DNA of 64,000 bases from Candidatus Fervidifonticultor sextus (GCA_031459875.1 JAVKHQ010000016.1:1-64000), one strand, 5' to 3'. Shown: positions 37,964 to 49,136, counted from the stretch's first letter. A program made the numbers and translations. The notes: generated by a model from the sequence alone, not told the origin.

Positions 37964-39133
37964 GTGAGCGCAGCCGACGTGGTCGTCATCGGAGGGGGCT
38001 GCACCGGCACCAGCGCCGCATTCTGGCTCGCCTCCCGACACCGGCAACGGGTGGTGCTGCTGGAACAGCGGACGGTGGGCAGCGGCCCCACCGGCCGCTC
38101 CAGCGGCATCGTGCGCATGCACTACTCCTTCGAGCCCCTGATCCGGCTCGCGCTGCGCAGCCGCGAGGTCTTCGAGCGCTTTGAGAGAGTCGTCGGCGGG
38201 AATGCCGACTTCCGGCGGACAGGGTTCCTGCTCCTGGCCCCCGCCGGACAGGAGGCGATGCTGGAGGCCAATGTCCGGCTGCAGCAGCGTCTGGGCGTCG
38301 CCACCCGTCTCCTCGACCGAAAGGCCATCGAGCGCTTGGATCCCCGGCTGCGCACGGACGACACGCCGGTTGGGGCCTACGAGCCGGACTCCGGCTATGC
38401 CGACGGGTACGCCACGGCCACGGCCTTCGCGGCGGCAGCCCGCAGGGCGGGCGCCGAGATCCGCGAGCACACGCCCGCGGTCCGCCTGCTGGTCGGCGGC
38501 GGCCGGATAGGCGGCATACAGACGCCGGCCGGCCGGATCGACGCCGCTACCGTGCTCGTGGCAGGCGGGCCCTGGACCCGGCGCCTTCTCGCCCCCCTCG
38601 GCGTCGAGGCGCCGATCCGCACGACGCGTCACCAGGTCGTCCTGCTGGAGGCCCCTCCCAGGGTTCGCCCGCTGGATCCGGTCCTGGTCGATCTCGCCAC
38701 CGGCATCTATGTGCGGCCTGATGTCGGCGGGCAGTTCATGGTCGGCTCGGTGGAGGAGCGCCCGGAGGAAGAAGTCTTTGAGGACGCCTTCAACGAAGGG
38801 ACCGACTTCGACTTTGTGGAGCGCGTCTCGCGCCGGCTCGTGCATCGCGTGCCCGCGTTCGCCGGCGTGGCGGTCAAGGGGGGGTACGCCAGCCTCTACG
38901 ATGTGACGCCCGACTGGCAGCCCATCCTGGGGGCCGTGCCCGGGATCGAGGGGCTGTTCGTGGCCGCGGGATTCAGCGGGCACGGGTTCAAGTTGAGCCC
39001 GGCCCTGGGCGAATGCCTCGCCGCCCTGATGGTCGAGGGCCGGCCGCCCATCGACCTCTCGATGTTCAGGATCACACGCTTCCAAGACGGCGCCCTCATC
39101 CACAGCCCGTATGCCCACGGCATCGTGGGGTAG
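37964..39133 (+). CDS. FAD-dependent oxidoreductase (DAO / sarcosine oxidase beta-like)
   Basis: VVIGGGCTG, GPTGRSSG, YDVTPDWQPILG, GFSGHGFK; GGAGG RBS. Confidence 0.88.
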   Translation: MSAADVVVIGGGCTGTSAAFWLASRHRQRVVLLEQRTVGSGPTGRSSGIVRMHYSFEPLIRLALRSREVFERFERVVGGNADFRRTGFLLLAPAGQEAMLEANVRLQQRLGVATRLLDRKAIERLDPRLRTDDTPVGAYEPDSGYADGYATATAFAAAARRAGAEIREHTPAVRLLVGGGRIGGIQTPAGRIDAATVLVAGGPWTRRLLAPLGVEAPIRTTRHQVVLLEAPPRVRPLDPVLVDLATGIYVRPDVGGQFMVGSVEERPEEEVFEDAFNEGTDFDFVERVSRRLVHRVPAFAGVAVKGGYASLYDVTPDWQPILGAVPGIEGLFVAAGFSGHGFKLSPALGECLAALMVEGRPPIDLSMFRITRFQDGALIHSPYAHGIVG

Positions 39134-39141
39134 GCTGCAAG

Positions 39142-40689
39142 TCAGGTGATCCCGAGGTACGCCTTCTTCACCATCTCGTTCTGGCGCAGGTTCTCGGCGG
39201 TGTCGCTGAGGACAACCTCACCGGTCTGCAGGACGTACCCCCGGTTGGCGACCTGCAGGGCGATGCGGGCGTTCTGTTCCACCAGCAGGATGGTCGTGCC
39301 CCCGGCGTGGAGATCCCTGATGGTCTTGAAGATGCTGTCCACCAGCACCGGCGCCAAGCCCATGGAGGGCTCATCGAGCAGCAGGACGTGCGGGCCGGCC
39401 ATCAGACCCCGGCCGATCGCCAGCATCTGCTGCTCGCCTCCGGACAGGGTTCCGGCCACCTGATCCCGCCGCTCCCTCAGGCGCGGGAACAGGGAGAACA
39501 CGCGCTCCAGGTCCCCGGCAATCCTGTCCCGGTCGGTCCGGGCAAAGGCGCCGGCCATCAGGTTCTCCAGCACCGTCAACTGCGCGAAGATCCTGCGGCC
39601 CTCGGGCACCTGGACCACACCCTTGGCGACGATCTCGTGGGGCCGGTAGGCGGTCAGGTCCTCGCCGGCCAGGCGCACGCGTCCCTGGCGCGGGCGGAGC
39701 ACGCCGCTGATGGTATTCAGCGTCGTGCTCTTCCCGGCGCCGTTGGCGCCGATGAGCGTGACGATCTCGCCCTCACCCACCGTCAAGGAAATGCCCTTGA
39801 CCGCGTGGATGTGGCCGTAGTAGGTGTGGATGCCGTCGACCTCCAGCATGGGCTTCGCCGCCATCGGCGCCGTCGGCCGCAGGTCGGCGCCCGACGGCTG
39901 GGCGGCCAGGCCGGCGGCCTCCGCCGCACTGCCCCGGCCCAGATACGCTTCGATGACCCGCGGGTCGTTCTGGATGGCCTGAGGGGGGCCCTCGGCGATC
40001 TTCTCGCCGTAGTCGAGGACGGTGACGCGCTCGGAGATCCCCATCACCACCCGCATCTGGTGCTCGATCAAGAGGATGGTGATCCCCAGTTCGTCGCGCA
40101 GGTGCCGGATGAACGCCATCATCTCCATGGTCTCGCGCGGGTTCATCCCGGCGGTGGGCTCGTCCAGGAGCAGCAGGCTGGGGCGGCTGGCCAGGGCCCT
40201 GGCAATCTCCAGTCGACGCTGCTCGCCGTAGGGGAGGTTCCTGGCGAGCAAGTCGCCCTTGCCCTTCAGGCCCACGAAGTGCAGCAGCCGCACCGCCTCG
40301 TCGTGCGCCGCCCGCTCCTCGCGCCGCACCCCGGAGGTCCCGACGACGGCCCCGGCCCAGCTCGACCTCAGGTGCACGTGCTGGCCGACCAGGATGTTCT
40401 CCAGCGCTGTCATGTTGGCGAAGAGCCTGATGTTCTGGTAGGTGCGCGCGATCCCCAGCTGGGCGATGCGGTCGGGACTCAGGCCGGTAATCGGGGTGCC
40501 CTTGAAGAGGATCTGCCCTTCCTCGGGCCGGTAGAAGCCCGTTACGCAGTTGAAGAACGTGGTCTTGCCCGCCCCGTTGGGGCCGATGATGCTGCAGATC
40601 GAGTGTTCCTCGAGTTCGAAGTCGAACTGGCTGACGGCCACCAGCCCCCCGAAGCGCTTGGTCACCCTGTGGGCGGTCAGGATGGTCAT
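39142..40689 (-). CDS. Fused LivG-LivF double ABC ATPase
   Basis: Two Walker A motifs (GPNGAGKTT, GANGAGKST) and two signature motifs in one frame joined by an Ala/Pro linker. Confidence 0.88.
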   Translation of the reverse strand: MTILTAHRVTKRFGGLVAVSQFDFELEEHSICSIIGPNGAGKTTFFNCVTGFYRPEEGQILFKGTPITGLSPDRIAQLGIARTYQNIRLFANMTALENILVGQHVHLRSSWAGAVVGTSGVRREERAAHDEAVRLLHFVGLKGKGDLLARNLPYGEQRRLEIARALASRPSLLLLDEPTAGMNPRETMEMMAFIRHLRDELGITILLIEHQMRVVMGISERVTVLDYGEKIAEGPPQAIQNDPRVIEAYLGRGSAAEAAGLAAQPSGADLRPTAPMAAKPMLEVDGIHTYYGHIHAVKGISLTVGEGEIVTLIGANGAGKSTTLNTISGVLRPRQGRVRLAGEDLTAYRPHEIVAKGVVQVPEGRRIFAQLTVLENLMAGAFARTDRDRIAGDLERVFSLFPRLRERRDQVAGTLSGGEQQMLAIGRGLMAGPHVLLLDEPSMGLAPVLVDSIFKTIRDLHAGGTTILLVEQNARIALQVANRGYVLQTGEVVLSDTAENLRQNEMVKKAYLGIT

Positions 40690-42401
40690 GCGGGGCGCTC
40701 TCCCGCCTCCATGGCCGGGGCGGTCGCCTCGACCTCCTCCTCGGGCGTGCTCCAGCGCAGTTCGCGTTTGCGCACCGGCTCGGGCCACAGCCCCTCCGGC
40801 CGCCACTGCATCATCACCACCAGCGCTGCCCCGTAGACCAGGAACCGGAATTCGGCGAACTCGCGCAACAACTCAGGCAGCCCCACGAGGGCCAGGGAGC
40901 CCACCACCACCCCCGGCAGGCTACCCATCCCGCCCACGATGATCAACGCCAGGACGTTGATCGAGATGAGGAGCTGGAAGCTGTGGGGGAACACCGAGCC
41001 CAGCATGACGGCGAAGACGGCGCCGCTCAGACCCCCGAAAAACGCCCCCAGCCCGAAGGCCAGCAGCTTGACGTTGACCAGGTTGATCCCGGTGGCCTCG
41101 GCGACATCCTCGTCTTCACGCACCGCCATCCAGGCGCGTCCCAGCCGGGAGTCCCGCAGACGCGTCGCCACCAGCATGACCAGCGCGGCGCTGGCCAGCA
41201 CCAGGTAGAAGAGCTGCTCTGGACCGGCAAACTCAAATCCCCCGATGGCGGGTTTCGGGATGGCCAGGACCCCCTGGGAGCCGCCCAGCCACGGCCGGAG
41301 GAAATCCGACAGGACCAGCAACCGGATGATCTCGCCGAATCCCAGGGTGGCGATGGCCAGGTAGTCGCCGCGGATCTTCAGCACCGGGATGCCGAGCAGG
41401 ACGCCGGCAATCATCGAGACGACCATGGCGATGGGGACCGCCGCCCAGAACGACATCTGCGCGAGCCCGTGCTCGCCGGTGGAGGTCAGCAGGCCCATGG
41501 TGTAGGCGCCGATGGCAAAGAACGCCACATACCCCAGATCCAGCAGGCCGGCGAAGCCCACGACGATGTTCAGCCCCAGGCCCAGGACCGCGAAGAGCCC
41601 CACCAGGACCATGACCTGCGAGAGGAACGGGCCCCCTGCGGCGGGTACCAGCAGCAGGCCCGCCGTGATGAGGGCAAATGCCGCCAGCCGGAGGCCACGC
41701 CGCCGCCCGGGAGACCACTGCTGGAGCCGCCCGCGCACCGCGGCCCCCCGACGAGCCCAGACCAGGTTCGCCCCGGCCGCCACGGCGAACACCGTGAGCG
41801 CCCCCCGAGGGAGGAGGCCGCTGGCCGAGTAGAGCCATTCGCCGATCGCCCCTCCCACCGATCCCGTCAGCAGGCTGAGCTGGAGCAGTTCCTGGAACAT
41901 GCCCAGGAACAGGATCCACGCCAGGCCGGCGAAGAGGGGACGCCGTCCGGCAGGGGGCAGCAGGACCGCCACGGCGGAGGCGGCGCCCAATGCGGCCCCG
42001 ACGGCCGGCAGGAGGCCGGCTCCGGCCGCGCCGCGGCCGAAGGTCAACAGGGCAAAGAGTTCCGGCGAGGCGTTGATCAACACCGGTCGCAGGTTCACCA
42101 GGTGGGCGAGAACCGCCAGGGCCGCCAGGACCGCTCCGGACGCCATCCCGGCCAGAGCACCGTGCCCCAGGGTGATCAGCGCTCCACCGGCGCTCCGTCT
42201 GGCAGCCTGGTACCCGGCGGCCAGGCTGGTCAGGAAGAGCAGGGCGTGGCCCATGGAGACGATCCCGGCCACGATCTCCCGCTCGGCGAAGGTCATGACC
42301 ATGCCCGCCACGGAGACGAACGCGGCCACCCCGCCCCAGATCAGGCCCGTCGAGGCGGTCCTCCTCCAGGAGCGCTCATGAATCGCGGTGCTGGGCAGCA
42401 T
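40686..42401 (-). CDS. livM: LivM-like permease with long N-terminal TM extension
   Basis: GLLDLGYVAFFAIGAY, RGDYLAIATLGFGE in the C-terminal part; about 250 aa of extra hydrophobic N-terminus. Confidence 0.88.
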   Translation of the reverse strand: MLPSTAIHERSWRRTASTGLIWGGVAAFVSVAGMVMTFAEREIVAGIVSMGHALLFLTSLAAGYQAARRSAGGALITLGHGALAGMASGAVLAALAVLAHLVNLRPVLINASPELFALLTFGRGAAGAGLLPAVGAALGAASAVAVLLPPAGRRPLFAGLAWILFLGMFQELLQLSLLTGSVGGAIGEWLYSASGLLPRGALTVFAVAAGANLVWARRGAAVRGRLQQWSPGRRRGLRLAAFALITAGLLLVPAAGGPFLSQVMVLVGLFAVLGLGLNIVVGFAGLLDLGYVAFFAIGAYTMGLLTSTGEHGLAQMSFWAAVPIAMVVSMIAGVLLGIPVLKIRGDYLAIATLGFGEIIRLLVLSDFLRPWLGGSQGVLAIPKPAIGGFEFAGPEQLFYLVLASAALVMLVATRLRDSRLGRAWMAVREDEDVAEATGINLVNVKLLAFGLGAFFGGLSGAVFAVMLGSVFPHSFQLLISINVLALIIVGGMGSLPGVVVGSLALVGLPELLREFAEFRFLVYGAALVVMMQWRPEGLWPEPVRKRELRWSTPEEEVEATAPAMEAGERPA

Positions 42402-42407
42402 CGTTCC

Positions 42408-43469
42408 CTACGCCTTCTTGGTCACCAGGCGCTCGCCCAGGATGCCAGAGGGACGGAAGATCAGGATCAACACCAGCATGGTGAAGGCGATCACATCCTT
42501 CAACTGGTACGGCGCGACGATGCCGAGGCCGTCCAGGAACAGGGCCGGGCCCACCGACTCCAGGAGGCCCAGCACGATCCCGCCCAGCATCGCCCCGGGA
42601 ATGTTGCCGATCCCTCCCAACACCGCCGCCGTGAAGGCCTTGATCCCCGGCACGAACCCCATGAAGAAGTGCACCTGTTTGAAGACCAGCCCGTAGAGGA
42701 CCCCGGCCACGCCGGCCATGGCCGCGCCGATGGCGAAGGTGGTCACGATGACCCGGTCCACGTTCATCCCCATGAGGCCGGCGGCGTCCTTGTCCTCTGC
42801 CACCGCGCGCATCGCCATGCCGGTGCTCGTCTTCATGACAAACCAGTAGAGCAACCCCATCATGGCTGTCGCGGCCACCAGCACGACGGCCTGGGTGCGC
42901 AGGATGCCCACGCCCAGGATGGTCCACGTCCCCCTGAGGACGGCCACCTCGGGATAGGCCTGGAAGCCGGAGCCGTAGAGCCCGCGGAAGGCATACTGCA
43001 GAAAGAACGACGCCCCGATGGCGGAGATCAGCGGGACCAGACGGGGGGCGCGGCGCAGCGGCCGGTAGGCGATGCGTTCGAGCAGCACCGCGATCGTCGT
43101 CGAGGTGGCCATGGCAACTGCCGTGACCGCCATCAGGCTGATGAAGGGGTGGCGGTCAAGGTGGCCCGACCGGGCCAGCGCCGCCGCCACGTAATAGGCG
43201 GTGTAGGACCCGCTCATGAACACCTCACCGTGCGCGAAGTTGATCATCTTCAGGATGCCGTAGACCATCGTGTAGCCCAATGCGATCAGGGCGTAGATGC
43301 TCCCCTGGGCCAGGCCGAAGACGACGAACTCAACCCAGTGCTCCCGTCCATAGTGGCCGGCCCGGAACGTCCCGATGGTCCCCCAGATGACCACGAGGAT
43401 GACGGTGGCCCGAAAGGCCCACAGGTACAGTTCCACGACCGACAGCCGCGGGTGCAGGCTCCGCCGCAT
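42408..43469 (-). CDS. livH: Liv ABC permease
   Basis: GSIYALIALGYTMVYG, INFAHGE, KAFTAAVLGGIG. Confidence 0.92.
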   Translation of the reverse strand: MRRSLHPRLSVVELYLWAFRATVILVVIWGTIGTFRAGHYGREHWVEFVVFGLAQGSIYALIALGYTMVYGILKMINFAHGEVFMSGSYTAYYVAAALARSGHLDRHPFISLMAVTAVAMATSTTIAVLLERIAYRPLRRAPRLVPLISAIGASFFLQYAFRGLYGSGFQAYPEVAVLRGTWTILGVGILRTQAVVLVAATAMMGLLYWFVMKTSTGMAMRAVAEDKDAAGLMGMNVDRVIVTTFAIGAAMAGVAGVLYGLVFKQVHFFMGFVPGIKAFTAAVLGGIGNIPGAMLGGIVLGLLESVGPALFLDGLGIVAPYQLKDVIAFTMLVLILIFRPSGILGERLVTKKA

Positions 43470-43574
43470 GGCGCCCTCCATTAAACAAGGGGTGAACCGG
43501 ACGCGCCGCCGCGGCTCACCCCCGCAGACACCTGCCTCGCCTACCGCTCTACTGCGCCCAGCGCACGGCGAGGC

Positions 43575-44828
43575 CTACGGGAAGATCTTCTTCGGGTTCT
43601 TCCCCGGGTCCCACTGGGCCGGATCGGCCGAGATGGTCTCGTACACGGCGATCTTGGGATCCGCGCAGTCGCCGTACTGGTCGCAGGTAAGGGTCCCCGT
43701 CAGCCCCTTGAAGTTCCTGGTGGCATACAGGGCGTCGCGCAGCGCCTTGCGGCCGATGTAGGTGTTGCCGGCAGCGTCCTTCTTGGCGACCTTCTCGATA
43801 GCGGCGAAGATCATGTTGGCCGCATCGTAGGCGTGCGCATGGAACGGCGCCAGCGGCTTCTCGCCGTACTTCTTCTGATGCTTCTCGAGGAACACCTTGT
43901 AGGCAGGCCCCAGGGCCTCCGGCGACAGGTCGGGGCTGGAGTGATACATGCCGACTGCCGCGGTCCCGGCCGCCTTCAGGAAGTCGGGCGAGAACATGCC
44001 ATCGGCGCCCATCAGCTTGACCGCCGCCAGGCCGGAGACCTCCTTGGCCTGGCGCGTCACGTGTCCGCCCGCGGCGATAAAGATGGGGTAGTAGAGCAGC
44101 TGCGGGTTGCCCACCGCGATCTTGGTCAGCACCGGCCGCATGTCGGTGTCGGTGGGCGCAATGGCCTCCTGAGAGGTGATCGTCCCTCCGAGGCGCTTGA
44201 AGACATCGGCGAACACATTCGCCAGCCCTTCAGCATAGGGGCTGCCGTCGTGGATCGTCGCCGCCCGCCTCACGCCCAGCTTGTGGTAGGCGAACTGGGC
44301 GGCCACCCGCCCCTGCACCTTGTCGTTGTGGGCGGTCCGCAGGTACCCGTCGTAGCCCGGGCCCCTGGCGGGGTCGGTCAACTTGGGCGCGGTGTTCGAG
44401 GGCGACACGGTGACGATCCCGGCCTTCCAGAGAATGGGAGCGCCGGGAACGGCCTCGCTGGAACAGTTGGAGCCGATCGCCGCCACGATCGCCTTGTTGG
44501 CCGCCAGTTTGGTCGCAGCAGTCGTGCCGCCCTCGGCGTTGCAGCCGCTGTCCTCGCCGATCAGCCTGATGGGATGGCCCAGCAGCCTCCCGCCCCGGTC
44601 AGCGATGGCGATCTCGACGCCGCGTCGGGTGTCGATGCCCAGGCTGGCATCGGGCCCGGCGACCACCATCCAGTAGGCAATGACCAGCGGCTGGCCCCGT
44701 GGTATCCTCACCACTCCGATCGGGTCGGTCACGGGCCCGACGGTCACCGCAGACGCGGTCCCGGAGCCGTACAGACCCGTGGCGACCACGAGTGTCGCAA
44801 TCATCGTCCAGACCACGCACCTTCGCAT
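43575..44828 (-). CDS. Liv-type ABC substrate-binding protein
   Basis: Signal peptide, EDSGC, IGSNCS, SPSNT, RTAHND, AYDA; GGAGG RBS. Confidence 0.88.
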   Translation of the reverse strand: MRRCVVWTMIATLVVATGLYGSGTASAVTVGPVTDPIGVVRIPRGQPLVIAYWMVVAGPDASLGIDTRRGVEIAIADRGGRLLGHPIRLIGEDSGCNAEGGTTAATKLAANKAIVAAIGSNCSSEAVPGAPILWKAGIVTVSPSNTAPKLTDPARGPGYDGYLRTAHNDKVQGRVAAQFAYHKLGVRRAATIHDGSPYAEGLANVFADVFKRLGGTITSQEAIAPTDTDMRPVLTKIAVGNPQLLYYPIFIAAGGHVTRQAKEVSGLAAVKLMGADGMFSPDFLKAAGTAAVGMYHSSPDLSPEALGPAYKVFLEKHQKKYGEKPLAPFHAHAYDAANMIFAAIEKVAKKDAAGNTYIGRKALRDALYATRNFKGLTGTLTCDQYGDCADPKIAVYETISADPAQWDPGKNPKKIFP

Positions 44829-44958
44829 GCTCTTCCCTCCCCTCATCGCTCACACGGTACCCCCCTGGCCGTCGGCTCCCTCCGCCATCTCACCTCCCCT
44901 GGCATCCGGCCCCGGGCGTGGTGTCCGTCGAATTGGATCGCTGCCGGGAATGCATTTT

Positions 44959-45969
44959 TCACTTTCTATGGCCTCCGGGGAGTTCCTTCACCTTGAGGGT
45001 CGTGCCGCATCCGGCGGCTTCGGCCCGGGCCCAGGCCAGCGCCGCGACCGCCAGGTCCAAGACCGCGCAGCCGACGGCCTTGAAGACGGTGACCTCCTCG
45101 GGGTGGGTGCGCCCCGGGGCGGTCCCCGCGGCCACCTCCCCGATCTCGGCCCGGATCGCCTCAGGCGCCAGCAGGCCTTCGCGGATCGGGATGAGCAGGT
45201 CACCGGCCTCGGCCAGCGCCGCCTCCCGGCTGTCCACGAAGATCGAGGCCCGAGTGAGCAGGTCGCCGGGGACTTCGCGCGCATCGGGGGAGGAGGCGCC
45301 CACCGCCGTGATGTGGGTGCCGGGGGCCACTTCCCCGGCCGGGAACACCGGTGTGGCGCTGGTCGTGGCGGTGACGATGACCTCGGCCCCCCGGACGGCC
45401 AGCGCCGGATCGCGCACCGGGAGGACGGTGGCCCCGTCCAGCCAGGGCTGGGCCCGGGCCCACGCCGCGAAGGCCTCCGCCTGCTCGGGCTGCCGGTCCA
45501 CCACCCGCACCTGGGTGATCCGGCGCACGGCGCAGAGGGCTTCCAGTTGCATCCGACCCTGGACCCCGGCCCCGAAGAGGGCGACGATGGCTGCCTCGCG
45601 GCGGGCCAGCAGGTCGGCGGCGAGCCCGCCGGCGGCCCCGGTCCGCAGCGCGGTCAGCGACGCCCCCTCGATCAGGGCCGCCGGTTCCCCGGTCTGGGGA
45701 TCTGCGAGGACGACCAGGGCATAGATCGTGGGCAGGCCCCGCTGTGGGTTGCGAGGGAACACCGTCACGAGCGTGGCGCCCAGCCCGCCGGCCGCCGGCA
45801 GGTACCCCGGCGTCGCCAGCAGGACCCCGGCCTCCCCCACAGGTACGCGGGCGCGCGGGGGGACGGCGACCCGGCCCGCCGACAGCTCGATACATGCCTG
45901 GCGGACCGCGGCGATCGCGTCGGGCATCGGCACCAGCGCCAGGACGTCGGCGGCGGTCAGGAGCCGCAT
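44959..45969 (-). CDS. Ornithine cyclodeaminase / mu-crystallin family protein
   Basis: LTALRTGAAG, FGAGVQG, TATTS, HITAVGA, VFKAVG..LDLA. Confidence 0.88.
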   Translation of the reverse strand: MRLLTAADVLALVPMPDAIAAVRQACIELSAGRVAVPPRARVPVGEAGVLLATPGYLPAAGGLGATLVTVFPRNPQRGLPTIYALVVLADPQTGEPAALIEGASLTALRTGAAGGLAADLLARREAAIVALFGAGVQGRMQLEALCAVRRITQVRVVDRQPEQAEAFAAWARAQPWLDGATVLPVRDPALAVRGAEVIVTATTSATPVFPAGEVAPGTHITAVGASSPDAREVPGDLLTRASIFVDSREAALAEAGDLLIPIREGLLAPEAIRAEIGEVAAGTAPGRTHPEEVTVFKAVGCAVLDLAVAALAWARAEAAGCGTTLKVKELPGGHRK

Positions 45970-45975
45970 CCCGCG

Positions 45976-46896
45976 CTACCCCCGCACCAGGTGGCGCAGG
46001 ATGAAGAAGAAGTTGGCCGGTCGCTCGGCCATCCGGCGCATGAAGTAGGGATACCAGTGGGTCCCGTAGGGCACGTAGATGCGCACCCGGTAGCCCCGGC
46101 GGCGCAGCCGCTCCTGCAGATCGCGGCGGACCCCGTAGAGGAACTGGAACTCGAAGCGGTCGGAGGCGATCCCCTCGGCCCGGGCCTGGCCGATGGCCGC
46201 GTTGATCAGGGTCACGTCGTGCGTGGCGATGGCGTGGCGGATCTCGTCGCGCAGCAGGCGCTGCTGGATCCTCAGGAAGCTGGCGTTGACGTCGCGCATG
46301 CGCGGGTAGGCGACGGTGGGCGGTTCCATGTACGCCCCCTTGACGAGGCGGATCGGCACCCGCAGCCGCAGCAGGCGGTCCACGTCGGCCTCGCTGCGGT
46401 ACAGGTAGCTCTGGATGACGGCGCCGAGCCCGCCGTAGCCCTCGGCCCGCATCTGCTCGATCGCATCGAGCGTGGCGTCCACGCAGGCCGAGTGCTCCAT
46501 GTCGATGCGGATGAACGTCCCCCCGGCCCGTGCCGCCTCGAGGATCCGCCTGAGGTGCGAGATGGCCAGGGCGCGGTCGACTTCCAGGCCAAGTTGCGTG
46601 AGTTTGATCGAGACGTAGCAGTCGCGGTCAGCCGGCCGGCCCCGGAGGCGGGCGACCGCCTCCAGGTAGTCGGCGGTGGCGGCGGCGGCGTCGCGGGGAT
46701 CGGTGACCCGCTCGCCGAGGTGGTTGAGGATGCCCAGGTACCCGGCCTCGGCGAGCCGGTCGATCACCGCCATGGCCTCGTCGAGCGTCTCCCCGGCGAC
46801 GAACCGCCGGGACGCCCGACGGGCGACCGGATGCGAGAGGACGAAGTCCCGCGCGCGGGCGCTCTCCGACAGACGAAAGAGCACGCGCCTCAGCAT
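45976..46896 (-). CDS. putB: Monofunctional proline dehydrogenase
   Basis: RRFVAGET, SIKLTQLG, RIDME, RLVKGAY, IATHD, YVPYG..WYPYFMRRMAERP. Confidence 0.93.
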   Translation of the reverse strand: MLRRVLFRLSESARARDFVLSHPVARRASRRFVAGETLDEAMAVIDRLAEAGYLGILNHLGERVTDPRDAAAATADYLEAVARLRGRPADRDCYVSIKLTQLGLEVDRALAISHLRRILEAARAGGTFIRIDMEHSACVDATLDAIEQMRAEGYGGLGAVIQSYLYRSEADVDRLLRLRVPIRLVKGAYMEPPTVAYPRMRDVNASFLRIQQRLLRDEIRHAIATHDVTLINAAIGQARAEGIASDRFEFQFLYGVRRDLQERLRRRGYRVRIYVPYGTHWYPYFMRRMAERPANFFFILRHLVRG

Positions 46897-46911
46897 CGCG
46901 GGCCGCGCGGG

Positions 46912-48183
46912 CTAGGGGTAGATGCCGCGCAGCATCAGGGCCTCGGCCACCCGGTCGATGGCGCGGATCAGCGCCGCCGTCCGCAGGTTGACCCGCCGCT
47001 GCTCGGCCACCTGCGCCACCTGCGCGAAGGCCCGCGTGATGATCCACTCCAGTTTCTCGTTGACCTCTTCCTCCGTCCAGAAGAACTGCTGCAGCCCCTG
47101 GACCCACTCGAAGTAGGACACGATCACCCCGCCGGCGTTGGCCAGGATGTCGGGGATGACCGTGATCTTGCGGTCGTCGAGGACATCATCGCCCCCGGGC
47201 GTGGTGGGCCCATTGGCCCCTTCCACGACCAGCCGCGTCCTCAGGCGCACCGCGTTGTCCTCCGTAATCTGCCCTTCCAGCGCGCTGGGCACGAGGATGT
47301 CGCACGGCAACTCCAGCAGGTCCTGGTTGGTGATCGTGTCGGTACCCGGGAATCCCCTCACCGACCCCGTCCGCTCCTTGTGTTCGAGGAGCTTTGCGGG
47401 ATCGAGTCCCTTCTGGTTGAGCACCCCGCCGCCGGTGTCGCTGGCGGCGATGATCCGACACCCCATCTGCCCCAGCAGAACAGCGGCCACCGAGCCCACG
47501 TTGCCGAAGCCCTGGACCACCACGGCGGCGCCGTCCAGGGACATGCCGAGTCGCTTGGCCGCCTCGCGCGCGATGATGGCCACACCGCGGCCGGTGGCCT
47601 CCACCCGGCCCAGCGAGCCGCCGATGGGCACCGGTTTCCCCGTGACCACGGCCGGCGTCGAGTAGCCGCGGTGCATGCTGTAGGTGTCCATGATCCACGC
47701 CATGGTCTGCGGGTTCGTGCCGACGTCCGGGGCCGGGATGTCGGACTCGGGCCCCATCATGATGGAAATCTCGGTGGCGTAGCGGCGGGTCAGGTGCTCC
47801 AGTTCGTTCTGGGAGAGGTCCTTGGGGTTGACCACCACGCCCCCCTTGGCGCCGCCGTAGGGCAGGCCCACCAGCGAACACTTCCAGGTCATCCACATGG
47901 CCAGGGCCCGCACCTCGTTCAGCGTCACGTCGGGATGGTACCGAATGCCGCCTTTGGTGGGGCCCAGCACCGTGCTGTGGTGCACCCGGTGCCCGGTGAA
48001 CACCTTCACCGAGCCGTCGTCCATCTTGACCGGGAAGTGCACGGTGAGCTCGCGCTTGGGGTAGGCCAGGAACTCCCGGATCCCACGCTTCAGCGGCAGG
48101 TGGTCCGCTGCCCGGTCGAACTGCCTGAGGGCCGAGTCCCAGGGATCCTCCTTGGGCGCCATCACCATGACCTGCGCACTCAT
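46912..48183 (-). CDS. gdhA: Glu/Leu/Phe/Val dehydrogenase (glutamate dehydrogenase)
   Basis: [50 protein letters not shown]. Confidence 0.93.
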   Translation of the reverse strand: MSAQVMVMAPKEDPWDSALRQFDRAADHLPLKRGIREFLAYPKRELTVHFPVKMDDGSVKVFTGHRVHHSTVLGPTKGGIRYHPDVTLNEVRALAMWMTWKCSLVGLPYGGAKGGVVVNPKDLSQNELEHLTRRYATEISIMMGPESDIPAPDVGTNPQTMAWIMDTYSMHRGYSTPAVVTGKPVPIGGSLGRVEATGRGVAIIAREAAKRLGMSLDGAAVVVQGFGNVGSVAAVLLGQMGCRIIAASDTGGGVLNQKGLDPAKLLEHKERTGSVRGFPGTDTITNQDLLELPCDILVPSALEGQITEDNAVRLRTRLVVEGANGPTTPGGDDVLDDRKITVIPDILANAGGVIVSYFEWVQGLQQFFWTEEEVNEKLEWIITRAFAQVAQVAEQRRVNLRTAALIRAIDRVAEALMLRGIYP

Positions 48184-48217
48184 GCTCTCCCCTCCTCCGG
48201 GTTTGTGCTCGCGCGCC

Positions 48218-49108
48218 CTACCGCACCAGGGCCGAGACCGGCACCAGCGTGATCCCCTGGCGGTCGAACTCCCCGACCATCCGGGCGACGACCCGCGGGG
48301 TCTTGCGCTGGGCATGACCGATGGCGATGGCCTCACCCCGCCGGCGGGCCGCGGCGATGAGCCGGCGGATCTCGCCCCGGATCGCCTCCTCCTCGTCGGT
48401 GTTGTCCAGGAAGATCGTGCGGACAGCCGCGCGCACCCCGAGGTCGGCGGCCACCGACGGGACCACCGAGTCCGCGGTGGTCCGGCTGTCCAGGAAGAAC
48501 AGCCCGCGCTCGCGGGCCACCTCCAGGACCGCCCGCATCACCCGCCGCTCGGCCGTGCCGCGGGAGCCCATGTGGTTGCTGATGCCGACGGCCCCGGGCA
48601 CGCTGGCCAGGCCCGCCAGGGTGGCCTCGCGGATCTGGCCCTCGTCCATATCGACGGTGATCCCTCCGGGGCCCAGGGCCTTGGTGGGATCGGTGGCTTC
48701 CAGGGGAAGGTGCAGGATGACCTCGAGACCGGCCGCGCTGGCTCGCCGCGCGACCTCGGACGAATGGGCCAGGCCAGGGAGTACCGCCACGGTCACGGGC
48801 CGTCCTATGGCGATGATGTCTTCGACGTCGTCTGGGCTCCCGCCTGCGTCGTCGAAGACGATGGCCACCCTCCCCGCCGCCGGCCGGGGAGCCGGTGAGG
48901 GCTGGGGCCGGGGCCGGATCGGGCGGACCGCCGGATGCGGGGAGGCCGGCGGCGTGGCCCGCGCCACGGGGGCGGCCCCGTTTGGCCGTGGAGCCGGCCC
49001 CCGGCGCTGGGAAGCCAGCCACCATCCCGTGCCGATCCCCACCACCACCACCACCAGCGCCAGGACCGCGCCCCATGGTACCGCCGCCGATCTGCGCTGC
49101 CGGGCCAC
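48218..49108 (-). CDS. Divergent polysaccharide deacetylase (YibQ-like)
   Basis: [31 protein letters not shown]. Confidence 0.9.
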   Translation of the reverse strand: MARQRRSAAVPWGAVLALVVVVVGIGTGWWLASQRRGPAPRPNGAAPVARATPPASPHPAVRPIRPRPQPSPAPRPAAGRVAIVFDDAGGSPDDVEDIIAIGRPVTVAVLPGLAHSSEVARRASAAGLEVILHLPLEATDPTKALGPGGITVDMDEGQIREATLAGLASVPGAVGISNHMGSRGTAERRVMRAVLEVARERGLFFLDSRTTADSVVPSVAADLGVRAAVRTIFLDNTDEEEAIRGEIRRLIAAARRRGEAIAIGHAQRKTPRVVARMVGEFDRQGITLVPVSALVR

Positions 49109-49136
49109 GGACGGGATCCTCGGCCTGCGGGAGGGC

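Noticed and set aside
44680..48252. 1190-aa plus-strand ORF
   Set aside because: Antisense shadow of gdhA/putB/ocd in high-GC DNA with no recognisable motifs; the same applies to other long antisense ORFs (48321-50981, 13985-15868, 40983-43484)
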